Positions 1-10,278 of a DNA stretch of 64,000 bases are shown in pieces. The first letter of the stretch is position 1; each line of letters starts with the position of its first letter. A program made the translations under genes and the position numbers. The notes beneath the pieces were generated by a model. It was not told the DNA's origin. It saw only the letters and a list, made by a program, of their open reading frames with translations, and searched no databases. The DNA is from Candidatus Micrarchaeia archaeon (GTDB lineage Archaea > Micrarchaeota > Micrarchaeia > CABMEP01): positions 32,001-96,000 of the forward strand of contig JAVZXS010000003.1 of the NCBI GenBank assembly GCA_038886535.1, in the 5' to 3' direction.

Positions 1-72
1 GTCTTTTGATAGGTAAGATTTCTTTATTTTAGCCTTCATCTCCTCAAGAATCTTCATTCTTTTTTTGTCCAT
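1..72 (-). CDS. 5' end of a gene running off the left edge (MDKKRMKILEEMKAKIKKSYLSKD...), product unknown
   Basis: ATG at 72 (minus strand), open to the window edge, divergent from glyS across an AT-rich promoter region. Confidence 0.45.
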   Translation of the reverse strand, partial: MDKKRMKILEEMKAKIKKSYLSKD

Positions 73-201
73 AATACCATCTCTTTCTAATATAATCTAT
101 ACCTGGTTTTCTCTTAATATATATTAAAGATGCAATTTATTAATTTTACTTTATATTATATTTATTCATTGTTATTTTTCTATACATTTCGAAGTGAGAA
201 A

Positions 202-1707
202 ATGACATCTACTGAAGTAAGAGAAAAGATAATGCAGATCGCATTAAGAAGAGGGATTTTCTTTCCAGCAGCAGAGATATATTCACCAGTTGGAGGAATT
301 TATGATTTAGGTCCAGTTGGAAGAGCTATTAAGGATAAGATAATTAAGCTTTGGCGTTCAATCTTTATAGAGAGGAATGGATTTCTTGAGATAGAGACAT
401 CTTTGATACTTCCAGAACCAGTTTTAAAAGCTTCAGGCCACTTAGATCATTTTAGCGATCCGGTCACAACATGTAAGCTTTGTGGCAATAAGTTCAGAGC
501 AGATCATCTTCTTCAGGAAAACAATGTGAATGTAGAAGGAAAGTCAATAGATGAGATAAATCAGATTTTGAAGGTTGCGGATATCAAATGTCCAACGTGT
601 GGAAAGAAAGGTTTTTCAGATGTAGAGTTCTTTAATCTCATGTTTAAGACAAACATCGGTCCTGTCGAGGGAACTCCTGGCTATTTAAGGCCTGAAACAG
701 CGCAAGGAATCTACCTTGCATTCCCTCGTTTATTCAGGGTTTATGGAAAGCTTCCGCTTGCAATAGGACAGGTTGGGAAGTCATTCAGGAACGAAATATC
801 TCCAAGGCAGGGGTTTGTTAGACTAAGAGAATTTACTCAGATGGAAGTGGAATATTTCTTTGATCCTTCAAATGCAAAGGTTAAGGAAATAGATAGAGTT
901 CTTAATCGAAAAGTTCCTATTTTGACAAGAGAGAGCCAGGAAGAAGCAAGGAAAAATGGAACAGAACCAAAGGTTTCATTTCTTACTGTGAAAGAACTCA
1001 TAGAAAGAAAAATAGCTCCTAATGAGCCAATGGCATTTTTCCTTGGTCTCGCTTCAGAATTCTATGAGAGATGCGGAATACCTGAAGGAAAGATAAGATT
1101 CAGACATCTTTTCATGGATGAAGTGCCCCATTATTCTGGAGGAAATTTTGATCCAGAGGTAGAAACTTCATATGGCCATATAGAAGTAGCAGGTATTGCA
1201 TATAGAACAGATTATGATTTGAAATCGCATTCTCATCTTTCAGGCAAAGATCTGTCAGTAACTCTGCCAGATGGAAGAAAAATCATTCCGCATGTAGTGG
1301 AACCATCATTAGGAGTGGAGCGTCTTATCTGGGCTATTCTTGAGCATTCATATAGAGGAAAGGATGGTGTCCATGATTGGGAATGGTTTGATCTACCACC
1401 AGAGCTTTCGCCATATGATGTTGCAGTATTTCCACTCATGAAAAAAGATGGTCTTGCAGAGAAAGCAAATGAAGTCACTGCATTTCTCAGAGGAAAAGGT
1501 CTTTCTGTTCTTTATGATGAATCTGGAAGCATAGGAAAGAGGTATGCAAGAGCAGACGAGATAGGAATGAAATGGGCAGTTACAATAGATTATGATACAC
1601 TTAAAGATGATACAGTTACAATAAGAGATAGAAATACTGCAAAGCAAGTAAGATTGAAAATAAGCGAAATTATGGATTTCATAAAAAATAATTCAAAGAT
1701 TTTATGA
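202..1707 (+). CDS. glyS: glycyl-tRNA synthetase (alpha2, archaeal/eukaryote-type)
   Basis: YLRPETAQG, GKSFRNEISPRQG..RLREFTQMEVE, VVEPSLGVER, C-terminal SIGKRYARADEIG anticodon domain; ATG 202 preferred over 130. Confidence 0.96.
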   Translation: MTSTEVREKIMQIALRRGIFFPAAEIYSPVGGIYDLGPVGRAIKDKIIKLWRSIFIERNGFLEIETSLILPEPVLKASGHLDHFSDPVTTCKLCGNKFRADHLLQENNVNVEGKSIDEINQILKVADIKCPTCGKKGFSDVEFFNLMFKTNIGPVEGTPGYLRPETAQGIYLAFPRLFRVYGKLPLAIGQVGKSFRNEISPRQGFVRLREFTQMEVEYFFDPSNAKVKEIDRVLNRKVPILTRESQEEARKNGTEPKVSFLTVKELIERKIAPNEPMAFFLGLASEFYERCGIPEGKIRFRHLFMDEVPHYSGGNFDPEVETSYGHIEVAGIAYRTDYDLKSHSHLSGKDLSVTLPDGRKIIPHVVEPSLGVERLIWAILEHSYRGKDGVHDWEWFDLPPELSPYDVAVFPLMKKDGLAEKANEVTAFLRGKGLSVLYDESGSIGKRYARADEIGMKWAVTIDYDTLKDDTVTIRDRNTAKQVRLKISEIMDFIKNNSKIL

Positions 1708-1710
1708 TAA

Positions 1711-1727
1711 GAAAAAGTTTATAAATA
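1711..1727 (+). promoter_or_regulatory. BRE/TATA promoter (GAAAAAGTTTATAAATA) upstream of the PINA leader
   Basis: Matches the GAAA-N2-3-TTTATA motif seen 35-36 nt before ATG at several leaderless genes in this window. Confidence 0.6.
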
Positions 1728-1758
1728 ATAAATACATATATTACTATCAGAAATTTCA

Positions 1759-1899
1759 AAGACTTTTTTAAGATTGTTTTCTAACGTGCCAATCTTAAAG
1801 TCTTGTTTTTAACATTATTTGGTACGTTTATGTGCTGTATATAAATCTAAACATTGGCTTAATCAGATTAGACTAAAGTCCAAAGATTTAACAGCACAT
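1759..1899 (+). ncRNA. candidate structured 5' leader RNA (hairpin, pseudoknot, second long hairpin)
   Basis: 1759-1776 pairs with 1790-1804; loop 1783-1789 complementary to 1822-1828; 1830-1838 pairs with 1891-1899; 1842-1848 pairs with 1884-1890. Confidence 0.45.
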
Positions 1900-1915
1900 T
1901 CATAAAGGTGAAAAA

Positions 1916-3430
1916 ATGTCAGAAGAAATTAAAGACAAAAAAGAAATAGATGAAATAAAAAATACAAGTGAGATGAAGGAAACAAAGGAAATTAGATCAA
2001 GAAATCCAAGATCTATGATCAAGGAAGATAAATTTGATCTAAAGGGAAAAAGAGTAATAGTTCCAGATACTTCAGTCATAATCGATGGGAGACTGAGCGA
2101 GATTCTTAAGGAAAAGAATATTCAGCAGATTAGAGTAGTTATACACAAGGCTTCAGTGGGTGAGCTCGAACACCAGGCAAATTCTGGAAAAGAAATAGGT
2201 TTCAGTGGACTTGCTGAGATAAAGCTTCTTAGGGAGTTTTCTCAATCAGGTCAGATTGAACTTGAATTCGGTGGGGAAAGAAGCACGGAACTTATGGTAA
2301 AGGCAGCAAAACTTGGAGAGGTTGATGCGGCAATAAGAGAACTTGCGAAACAACTCAATGCAATGCTCATCACTTCAGATAAAGTGCAATCTGAGGTTGC
2401 AAGAGCTGAAGGGATAGACGTAATATATCTTGAGCCAAGAAAATATCTGAGAGAACTTTCTTTTAAACAGTACTTAACTCCAGATACAATTTCTTTGCAT
2501 TTCAAAGAGGACACAGTTCCTCTTGCAAAAAGAGGCAAGCCAGGCAATATTCAATTAGTTCAAGTGAGAAACGAACCCATAACTAAAGAAGAATTAGAGA
2601 TAATGATAAAAGAAATAATTGATACAGCTAGATCTGATAGTAAATCATATTTTGAACTTGATGCAAAAGGAGCAGCAGTTATTCAGTTAAGAGAGTTTAG
2701 GATTGCAATAGCAAGACAGCCATTCTCTGATGGAATTGAAATAACAATAGTCAGACCTATTATGAAAGCATCATTTGATGATTACGCGCTTTCAGATAAA
2801 TTAAGAAAAAGACTTCTTGAGAGAGCAGAAGGAATAATAATATGTGGTTCACCTGGAAGCGGTAAATCAACATTTGCAGCCGCATTGGCTGAGATGTATA
2901 TGAAGAATAAAAAAATAGTTAAAACACTAGAATCTCCAAGAGATTTGCAAGTTCCAGATGAAGTTACGCAATATGCAGCATTAGATGGTAGTTTTGAGAA
3001 AACAGGAGACATTCTTCTTCTTGTAAGACCAGATTATAGTATATACGATGAAATGAGAAAGACAACAGACTTTAAAGTATTTGCAGATTTACGTCTTGCA
3101 GGTATTGGTATGGTGGGGGTAGTTCATGCAACAAGGCCGATCGAGGCAATTCAGAGATTTATAGGGAGAGTAGATTTAGGAATGATACCTCAGATTGTAG
3201 ATACTGTAATCTTCATAAAAGACGGCAAAATCAAAAAAGTTCTTGAATTGAAGATGAAAGTTAAGATTCCATATGGGATGAGAGATAGGGATCTTGCAAG
3301 ACCTGTAGTTCAAGTAAGCGATTTTGAAACTGGAAAGGTGGAATGGGAAATTTATAAATTTGGAGATGAAACAGTAAGTATACAAATAGAATCAGAAGAT
3401 AAGTGGGAAAAACGTAATAGAAAGAGATAA
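1916..3430 (+). CDS. PINc/VapC family ATPase (PINA-type: PIN domain plus secretion-ATPase-like domain)
   Basis: VPDTSVIIDG PIN motif, ELEHQAN, Walker A GSPGSGKST, LLVRPDYSIYDEMRK, GVVHA; RBS AGGTGA. Confidence 0.9.
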   Translation: MSEEIKDKKEIDEIKNTSEMKETKEIRSRNPRSMIKEDKFDLKGKRVIVPDTSVIIDGRLSEILKEKNIQQIRVVIHKASVGELEHQANSGKEIGFSGLAEIKLLREFSQSGQIELEFGGERSTELMVKAAKLGEVDAAIRELAKQLNAMLITSDKVQSEVARAEGIDVIYLEPRKYLRELSFKQYLTPDTISLHFKEDTVPLAKRGKPGNIQLVQVRNEPITKEELEIMIKEIIDTARSDSKSYFELDAKGAAVIQLREFRIAIARQPFSDGIEITIVRPIMKASFDDYALSDKLRKRLLERAEGIIICGSPGSGKSTFAAALAEMYMKNKKIVKTLESPRDLQVPDEVTQYAALDGSFEKTGDILLLVRPDYSIYDEMRKTTDFKVFADLRLAGIGMVGVVHATRPIEAIQRFIGRVDLGMIPQIVDTVIFIKDGKIKKVLELKMKVKIPYGMRDRDLARPVVQVSDFETGKVEWEIYKFGDETVSIQIESEDKWEKRNRKR

Positions 3431-3500
3431 AGAATAAGTAATCAAAAATAAAAGATAGAAAATTAAATAAAGAATAGAATGGATGTTTTATTAATCATCA

Positions 3501-4118
3501 TTATATTTCATCTATGTTTATTTCTTCGTCTTTTCCATTTATCATTTTTCCAAATTCTCTTTCGATTTTTTCCAGTTCTTTTTTAGAAGGAATTTTCTCC
3601 TCATACATGTCATCTCTATCTTCTTTTTGATATTTCTTATTTTCTTTTATTTTATTTAAGCGAGCTTTAATCGAAGCTTTTTGCTTTTGAATCTTCTCCT
3701 TTATCTCTTTTATCTCTTCATCTTTTATATCATAAGTGTCTCTAGAAGATAAAAGTTCTGCTATTGGTTCGAGCAATCTTATAGAATACGAACCACCTAA
3801 TGCTTTTTCAATAGCAGCCGCAACCCTTCTCGTAGTTGAGGGATGATTATTGTTTATTCTCATAACGTGGCAATTATGGATTATGCTAATCGCGATTTCT
3901 TTTTCTTCAAATTTATTCGCTAGATCTATAAAAGGTTTCAATTCGTAATAATCTTCATATACCTCTGATTTCGATAGTCTCATTATAGTTTCATTTAGTA
4001 AGTAAGTATTATTCATTTGTCTGGACTTTATTTTTTTTGCCTCTTTTTCTTCTTTTTCAAATATGTCATCAAACTCATCATCGTTTTTATAACTAAAATT
4101 TTGATTATAGTTTGCCAT
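3501..4118 (-). CDS. hypothetical charged protein
   Basis: 205-aa ORF with ATG, fits between neighbours; no motif recognised. Confidence 0.6.
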   Translation of the reverse strand: MANYNQNFSYKNDDEFDDIFEKEEKEAKKIKSRQMNNTYLLNETIMRLSKSEVYEDYYELKPFIDLANKFEEKEIAISIIHNCHVMRINNNHPSTTRRVAAAIEKALGGSYSIRLLEPIAELLSSRDTYDIKDEEIKEIKEKIQKQKASIKARLNKIKENKKYQKEDRDDMYEEKIPSKKELEKIEREFGKMINGKDEEINIDEI

Positions 4119-4283
4119 GTTTTTAAAACATCAATTAGGTATATATTTCTTTCGCTTTTTTTCCTTTTAGGTCTTCCATGAATAAGAGAATGAAAATATC
4201 TAGCATGTATAAAATATCTTTTTACCAAATGCAAATTATCAATAAGCAAACCCTTTAGGTCCAACTAATTCTTTTACTTATTC

Positions 4284-5846
4284 TTACTTAAAATAATCCA
4301 AAATCTTTTGCTGTTTTATCTTGGGTGTTTCGTTTTTTTGCTTTTTCTCCTTTTTGCTTTTTTCTTCATTTTTTTCATTGTTTTTTTGTTCGAGTTTCTT
4401 TTTTTCAATAATATCTTTTATTACTCTTTTCATTTTTCTTTCTTTTGCTACAGATACGTATCTGAATATTTCATCTCTTGTACCTTTAGCTATCAAAATT
4501 AGTATCTCACCTTCTTTAAGTCTTCCAACTCTCCCCCTTCTTTGAATCATTCTTATTTCACTGGGAACAGGTTCATAGAAAATTGCAGTATCTGCGGATG
4601 GAATATCAATTCCCTCTTCACCGATTGAGGAGGCAACGAGAACCTGGATCTTACCCTCTGCAAACTCAGCTATTGTTTCTTTTTGTTTTTTATGTGCCGC
4701 ACTTCCTTCCTTTCCTTTTCCTAAGAATTCTTTTGCGCTTATCCCGTTCTCTTTTAATTTTTCAACTATATGGTGCACCTGGTCTCTATATTGGGCAAAG
4801 ACAATTATCTTTTTTCCTTCCCTTTCCTTTATCAGCTCAATTATTTTAGCGATCTTTGGGTGTTCAACACTTTTAACCTTGTTTGCTGCCTGATTGAACC
4901 TCCAGTCAATTCTTTTTTTTCTTTCCTTAAGACGTTCTAAAAATTTAATGTATGCAGTAGGGCTTTCACTTTCGAGAAGTTCTACTCCATGAAATGCATT
5001 GTAAAAAATAGCAAAATGACCAAGAGCAGCCATGTATCTATTTTCTACTAAATTCTTATATACTTGTGAAAGCCTTCCACGTGGCGTCTTTCTTGATACT
5101 GTTATGTTCAATTCGTTTAGTGTCTTTGCCTTTTCATCCATCAATTCATTTAGTAAAGAAATCGCATCCTTTATTTCTTGAGGAAGTTCAACTTCTATCC
5201 ATTTGATTTCTTTTTTAGGAATATATTTTTGCAAATCTTTATCTGTTTCTGTTCTTATTTCTACATTTTCAACTTTTAATGCTTCCATTATTTCTTTTAT
5301 TCTTTCAATATTTCCTCCAGGTGAGGCAGTTAAACCAATTATTGTTTTGTTAGTATTCATTAAACTTTCCTTTTCAATCCTTTCCTGCTCAAAAAATGCA
5401 TTCGTAACATAGGTGTATGCATAATTTCCTACTGCTCTATGGCACTCATCTACTATCAGGCAGGAAAAAGTAGATATTATTCCAGCAGGTTCATTTTCCA
5501 TTGCCGTTTTTTCTATGTCATTTTTAACAGTTTGAGGAGTAGCAATAATTACATCATTCTCTTGATAAATTTGCAGTCTTTCTTTTCTGTTACTTTGTCC
5601 TGTTACTTGAGATATTTTATAATTAGAATCATAGAAAAATTCTTTCAACTTTTTTTCATGCTGATTGACAAGAGGTTTGGTCGGAGCAAGAAATAAGCAT
5701 TTCTCTCCTCTTTTAAGAAAATGTTCAATTATAAGTGCTCCAATTACTGTTTTTCCAGTACCTGTAGGCAGTACAATAAGTGTATTCTTTTTTTCAATTG
5801 CACTTTTTGCTATTTTTTCTTGATATTCTCTAGGAATTATTTGCAT
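4284..5846 (-). CDS. Hef/FANCM-like SF2 helicase (helicase portion only)
   Basis: PREYQ, LPTGTGKT, DECHRAVGNYAY, GLTASPG, GEEGIDIP, QRRGRVGR; no ERCC4 domain; C-terminal QQKILDYF. Confidence 0.9.
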   Translation of the reverse strand: MQIIPREYQEKIAKSAIEKKNTLIVLPTGTGKTVIGALIIEHFLKRGEKCLFLAPTKPLVNQHEKKLKEFFYDSNYKISQVTGQSNRKERLQIYQENDVIIATPQTVKNDIEKTAMENEPAGIISTFSCLIVDECHRAVGNYAYTYVTNAFFEQERIEKESLMNTNKTIIGLTASPGGNIERIKEIMEALKVENVEIRTETDKDLQKYIPKKEIKWIEVELPQEIKDAISLLNELMDEKAKTLNELNITVSRKTPRGRLSQVYKNLVENRYMAALGHFAIFYNAFHGVELLESESPTAYIKFLERLKERKKRIDWRFNQAANKVKSVEHPKIAKIIELIKEREGKKIIVFAQYRDQVHHIVEKLKENGISAKEFLGKGKEGSAAHKKQKETIAEFAEGKIQVLVASSIGEEGIDIPSADTAIFYEPVPSEIRMIQRRGRVGRLKEGEILILIAKGTRDEIFRYVSVAKERKMKRVIKDIIEKKKLEQKNNEKNEEKSKKEKKQKNETPKIKQQKILDYFK

Positions 5847-6068
5847 GCTTTAAATCAGATATAAAAAAATATAAATTTAAAGGAACTTTATTTCTGGTAA
5901 TTCTTAAATAATTAAATAAACAAAAATCACAGGAAATAAACATATCTTTTAAATATTTTTATACAAATATATATTACTTGTAATTAATTCTCTTCATTAA
6001 GCGAATCAGGTTCTGATTCTCTTGAAATGATGAAATGGTTGTATAAATTTTCAATAGAAGGTGTTTAA

Positions 6069-7250
6069 TTGAAACTTCCTAATATATATGAAGGAAATTA
6101 CAGTTTGCTTATCATATTTCCTCTTGCACTTATAATAGTAAGTTTATTTTTAATACCTAATTTAAGATACGGAATAGATCTTAAGGGAGGAATGCTGATA
6201 ACAATTCAAACACAAGAACAGATAAGCAATCAACAGATAAAGGAAATTCTCTCACAGAACAATATTTATGACGCAGAGATAAGATTATATCAGACACCAA
6301 ATGGGAATATTGCTGAGATTGAAATAGCTACAGACAGGAGAATAACAGAAATAGATGACAAGCTTATCGAGATGGAGTCACTTCTTAAGGATTCAAGCAC
6401 GATCGAGAGCGAGCTTGCGAGATTGAGATCTGAACAACAAGCAACAGGGAAAGATCTTTCATCCAAGATAGCAGAGGATGAAGCAAAACTAAGTTCTTTA
6501 TCAAGCAAAGCGAAAGAATTGCAATCTCAAATATTTTCACTATCAGAGGAATTAATGGGTAGGAAAGCTGTTACACAGCAGGAAAGTTCAGATGATATAT
6601 CTAAAATAATGAAAGCATCAAATGCAGTATTTGCAGAGGCAAAGGTTGTTTACAAGGACAGATTAATTTCTGCTTTATCTTCTTCTATTAGTAATTCAGA
6701 TATGAAATTAGAGGAAGTGAGTCCTGCATTAAGCAGACTTTTCGTAAGCAAGGTGCTCAACATCGCATTGATCTCTGCTCTATTGGCGATTGTGGTGGTA
6801 TTTCTTATATTCAGAACATTCATTCCATCCTTTGCAGTTCTTATAGGAGCAACTTCTGATATTATCATGGCTTTAGGTGCTATGGCATTTTTCGGAATCC
6901 CATTAACCCTTGCTTCTTTCGTTACATTAATGACATTGGCAGCCCTTTCATTAGATACTGACATGATGCTTACAATCAAGACAGTTAAAAGAAGAGAAGG
7001 TACTCCGAGAGAAAGAGCATATGATGCATTCAGAACAGGGTTTGCGATGACTACAACAGTTATAGTGGCATTTGCAATATTGATGTTCTTAGGAATGTAC
7101 ACTCACATTCCAACTTATTACCAGATCGGTTCCGTAGCAGTTGCAGGTCTAATAGGAGATCTCATTGCTACCTGGTGCCTCAATTCAGTTTTGATACTTT
7201 GGTATTTGGAGGGCAAATATGAAAATCTCGCTCGCCTGGTTAAAAGATAA
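6069..7250 (+). CDS. secF: protein translocase subunit SecF (archaeal)
   Basis: GIDLKGG after TM1, multi-TM C-terminus with SLDTDMML, GLIGDL..TW; directly upstream of secD; TTG start with AGGTG RBS. Confidence 0.88.
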   Translation: MKLPNIYEGNYSLLIIFPLALIIVSLFLIPNLRYGIDLKGGMLITIQTQEQISNQQIKEILSQNNIYDAEIRLYQTPNGNIAEIEIATDRRITEIDDKLIEMESLLKDSSTIESELARLRSEQQATGKDLSSKIAEDEAKLSSLSSKAKELQSQIFSLSEELMGRKAVTQQESSDDISKIMKASNAVFAEAKVVYKDRLISALSSSISNSDMKLEEVSPALSRLFVSKVLNIALISALLAIVVVFLIFRTFIPSFAVLIGATSDIIMALGAMAFFGIPLTLASFVTLMTLAALSLDTDMMLTIKTVKRREGTPRERAYDAFRTGFAMTTTVIVAFAILMFLGMYTHIPTYYQIGSVAVAGLIGDLIATWCLNSVLILWYLEGKYENLARLVKR

Positions 7251-8769
7251 ACGTGTAATATTCATAATGCTGCTCACAGCAGCTATGCTTTTGCTTCTCT
7301 ATTTTAAGGGAGCTAATTTTGGATTAGAGTTTACAGGAGGAACAAGAATTCCAATCACTCTTGAAAAACCAGTTTCAAAGGCAACTATGGATGAGATTGT
7401 AAATACAATTAAACTCAGGGTAAGTAAATTCGGATTAAGCCAGGTTGTAGTTCGATCAGTTGGTGATCAGCAGGTTTATGTCGAGCTTCCAGCTTCTTCT
7501 GATCAAGCCTACATTCAACAGGTTAAGGATATTCTTAGTTCTGAAGGAAAGTTTGAAGCCATAATTGACGGAACAACTGCAATAACTGGAGAGCACATAA
7601 TAAGCGGAAGCATTAGAGATATGCCGTCAGTGAGTGGAAATACTATAAGATGGGGAGTAGGATTTGTTGTCAACCAAGAAGGTGCTAAGAAATTTGCTAA
7701 TGCCGCATATGGAAAAGCCAACTATCCTGTTTATCTGTTTCTAGATAAGGCAGAAGATTCAGTAATTGTTATGAGAGAAATCTATCTTGAAAATATCACT
7801 GTTCCAATAGAAGATGTTAAAAAGCAGCTTTCAACAGTTGCATCTTATGGACAAAATTCAGTAGTATTCGTGGATCCGAACGATGATATAGAGGCTCAAA
7901 TTGCATTAATATTATCTCAAAATAAGACAAAGATAATTATTTCACAAGAAGAATCGGTTTTAATTTCTAAAATTGATAAATCGTATAAAGTTATTTCAAA
8001 ACCCACTTCTGAATTCATTCCAGAAGTAATCAACATGGGGCTTGAAGGAATAACATTGAATCAATGGAGTGCGATCGGTCTTCTTTCAGCTCCAACGCTC
8101 AGTCCTGCACTTGCAACAGGACAGATCTCACAGCAGTTCAGTATAGAGGGAACTGCTAAAGGTGATACCTATCAAGAAAGGCAGGAATATGCAATTGCAG
8201 AGATGAAGAGAATAAAAAGTATTCTAAGCGGAGGTGCTCTCCCAGTTTCTATTGAATTGGGAAGTATAATATATGTGCCACCTTCTTTAGGTAACGAGTT
8301 TCTTAATTATAGTATCATAGGAATGATTGTAGCAGGAGTAATAGTTCTTCTCTTCATTGCTTTTAGGTACAGGCATCCTGAACATATTTTCCCTCTTGTT
8401 TTTGTTGCCACCACTCAAATGATAATATTGATTTCATTCATGGCAGCAGTTGGAACGCTTGACCTATCAACAATCGCAGGATTATTCGGAACATTAGGAA
8501 CATCAGTTGACTACCAGATAGTTATAACTGATGAGATTTTAGGAAGAAGCGCGGGTGGAAGAGACGAAGCGAAAAGAAGGCTTGAAAAGGCAAAATACAT
8601 CATAAGCAGAGATGTAGGAGTGCTTACTGTAGTTATGCTTCCTCTTATGTTTTCAAATATCGTTGAGATTATAGGATTTGCGACAGCAACACTCTTAGGT
8701 GCACTGCTTGGTCTTGCAATAACTACTTTAGTATATAACGCAGTTATTGAAAAAACATACGAAGAATAA
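7219..8769 (+). CDS. secD: protein translocase subunit SecD (archaeal)
   Basis: FGLEFTGG, ILSGGALP, PPSLG, GTSVDYQIVITDE, GFATATLLG. Confidence 0.9.
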   Translation: MKISLAWLKDKRVIFIMLLTAAMLLLLYFKGANFGLEFTGGTRIPITLEKPVSKATMDEIVNTIKLRVSKFGLSQVVVRSVGDQQVYVELPASSDQAYIQQVKDILSSEGKFEAIIDGTTAITGEHIISGSIRDMPSVSGNTIRWGVGFVVNQEGAKKFANAAYGKANYPVYLFLDKAEDSVIVMREIYLENITVPIEDVKKQLSTVASYGQNSVVFVDPNDDIEAQIALILSQNKTKIIISQEESVLISKIDKSYKVISKPTSEFIPEVINMGLEGITLNQWSAIGLLSAPTLSPALATGQISQQFSIEGTAKGDTYQERQEYAIAEMKRIKSILSGGALPVSIELGSIIYVPPSLGNEFLNYSIIGMIVAGVIVLLFIAFRYRHPEHIFPLVFVATTQMIILISFMAAVGTLDLSTIAGLFGTLGTSVDYQIVITDEILGRSAGGRDEAKRRLEKAKYIISRDVGVLTVVMLPLMFSNIVEIIGFATATLLGALLGLAITTLVYNAVIEKTYEE

Positions 8770-8880
8770 AGATAAATTTTGAAGATGATAAGTTTAATAA
8801 TTTTGTAACATATTAATTTCAATAAAAGATTAAGTCAAAACAAATAATTAAGACAAAGATATTTTCAATTAGGTGATATC

Positions 8881-9093
8881 ATGATAGAAGAAGGCATGGT
8901 TTGCATTAAAAAAACAGGAAGAGATGCTGGAGAAAAATGTGTTGTAATCAATGTATTAGACAATCAATTTGTTGAGATTGTTTCAAAGAAAAGGAAACAG
9001 GCAAGAAAGGCAAACATACTGCATCTTTCACCCTTGGGTAAAAAAGTAAATCCAAAGTCAGAAGAAGAGATAAAGGCAGCCCTTAATGAGTAA
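8881..9093 (+). CDS. rpl14e: 50S ribosomal protein L14e
   Basis: G.VCIK..GRDAGEKCVV, NILHL; KOW-like; upstream of cbf5. Confidence 0.88.
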   Translation: MIEEGMVCIKKTGRDAGEKCVVINVLDNQFVEIVSKKRKQARKANILHLSPLGKKVNPKSEEEIKAALNE

Positions 9094-9193
9094 GAAACAA
9101 TCTGTCATTTTTATTTTTGCACTAATTTTTATTTCTTTTCATTCTTTATTTTAATTTAATACAATTGTTTAGTATTCTCTATTTGGTGCCAGT

Positions 9194-10162
9194 ATGGACG
9201 AATTAGTTTATATAAAAAGAGATTTTAAGTCAAATCCAGCTTATGGCGTTCCACCTAGAAAGAGGACAATAGAACAGCTTTTGAATACAGGTTTTATAAA
9301 TTTAGACAAGCCTAAAGGTCCAACCAGTCATCAAGCAGTTGCGCAGATAAGAAAAATCCTTGGTGTGAAAAAAGCAGGTCACACTGGAACACTCGATCCC
9401 GAGGTATCTGGAGTTCTTCCAATTCTGCTTGGTTCATCTGTTTATGCTGCATCGTATCTAAATAAGGATAAGGAGTATGTTGGTGTGATGCATCTGCATA
9501 AAAATGTAGAAGAACGAAAAATAAAAGATTCGTTTGAAAAGTTTAAAGGAGAGATAACACAACTTCCACCAGTAAAATCTGCAGTTGCAAGAAAACCAAG
9601 AAAGAGGAAAGTCTATGAATTAGAAATAATTGAAATAGATGGAAGGGACGTTCTCTTTCGCGCCAAAGTTGAGGCAGGCACTTATATAAGAAAGTTAATT
9701 CATGATATTGGTCAATATTTAGAAGTAGGGGCAAACATGACTGATTTAAGAAGAATTTCTGTTATGGATTTGACTGAGAATGATTCAGTAACTCTTCATG
9801 AGATTGCAGAGGCTTCATGGCTTTTTAAACATGAGAATGATGACAGACTTTTAAGAGAATATGTTCTACCAATAGAAGATGTATTGGATAAATTCGGGAT
9901 TAAATTTATATGGGTTTCAGATTATGCCGTCGATCCATTATGTTCTGGCGCTCAACTTATGGAACCTGGAGTAGTCGCATTTAATCAAGGAATAAAAGAA
10001 GGAGAAACAGTAGCAATTATGACGCTTAAGGATGAACTTATAGGTTTTGCATCTTCTTTATATTCTTCAGAAGATTTGATAGAGATAGAAAACAAACAAG
10101 TTACAAAGACACTCAGAATAATTATGCCGAGAGGAATTTATCCTAAGTGGCAGAAAAAGTAG
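9194..10162 (+). CDS. cbf5: RNA-guided pseudouridine synthase Cbf5
   Basis: INLDKPKGPTSHQ, GHTGTLDP, GTYIRKL, C-terminal PUA domain. Confidence 0.95.
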   Translation: MDELVYIKRDFKSNPAYGVPPRKRTIEQLLNTGFINLDKPKGPTSHQAVAQIRKILGVKKAGHTGTLDPEVSGVLPILLGSSVYAASYLNKDKEYVGVMHLHKNVEERKIKDSFEKFKGEITQLPPVKSAVARKPRKRKVYELEIIEIDGRDVLFRAKVEAGTYIRKLIHDIGQYLEVGANMTDLRRISVMDLTENDSVTLHEIAEASWLFKHENDDRLLREYVLPIEDVLDKFGIKFIWVSDYAVDPLCSGAQLMEPGVVAFNQGIKEGETVAIMTLKDELIGFASSLYSSEDLIEIENKQVTKTLRIIMPRGIYPKWQKK

Positions 10163-10278
10163 GTTCTAATAAACTGATCATTAAATCAGATCATAAGAGA
10201 AATATAAAAAGAAAAACTCAACTTTATATTATCAAAATATAAAAATTTTATCTTATAATTATATATTAAAATTTTAAT

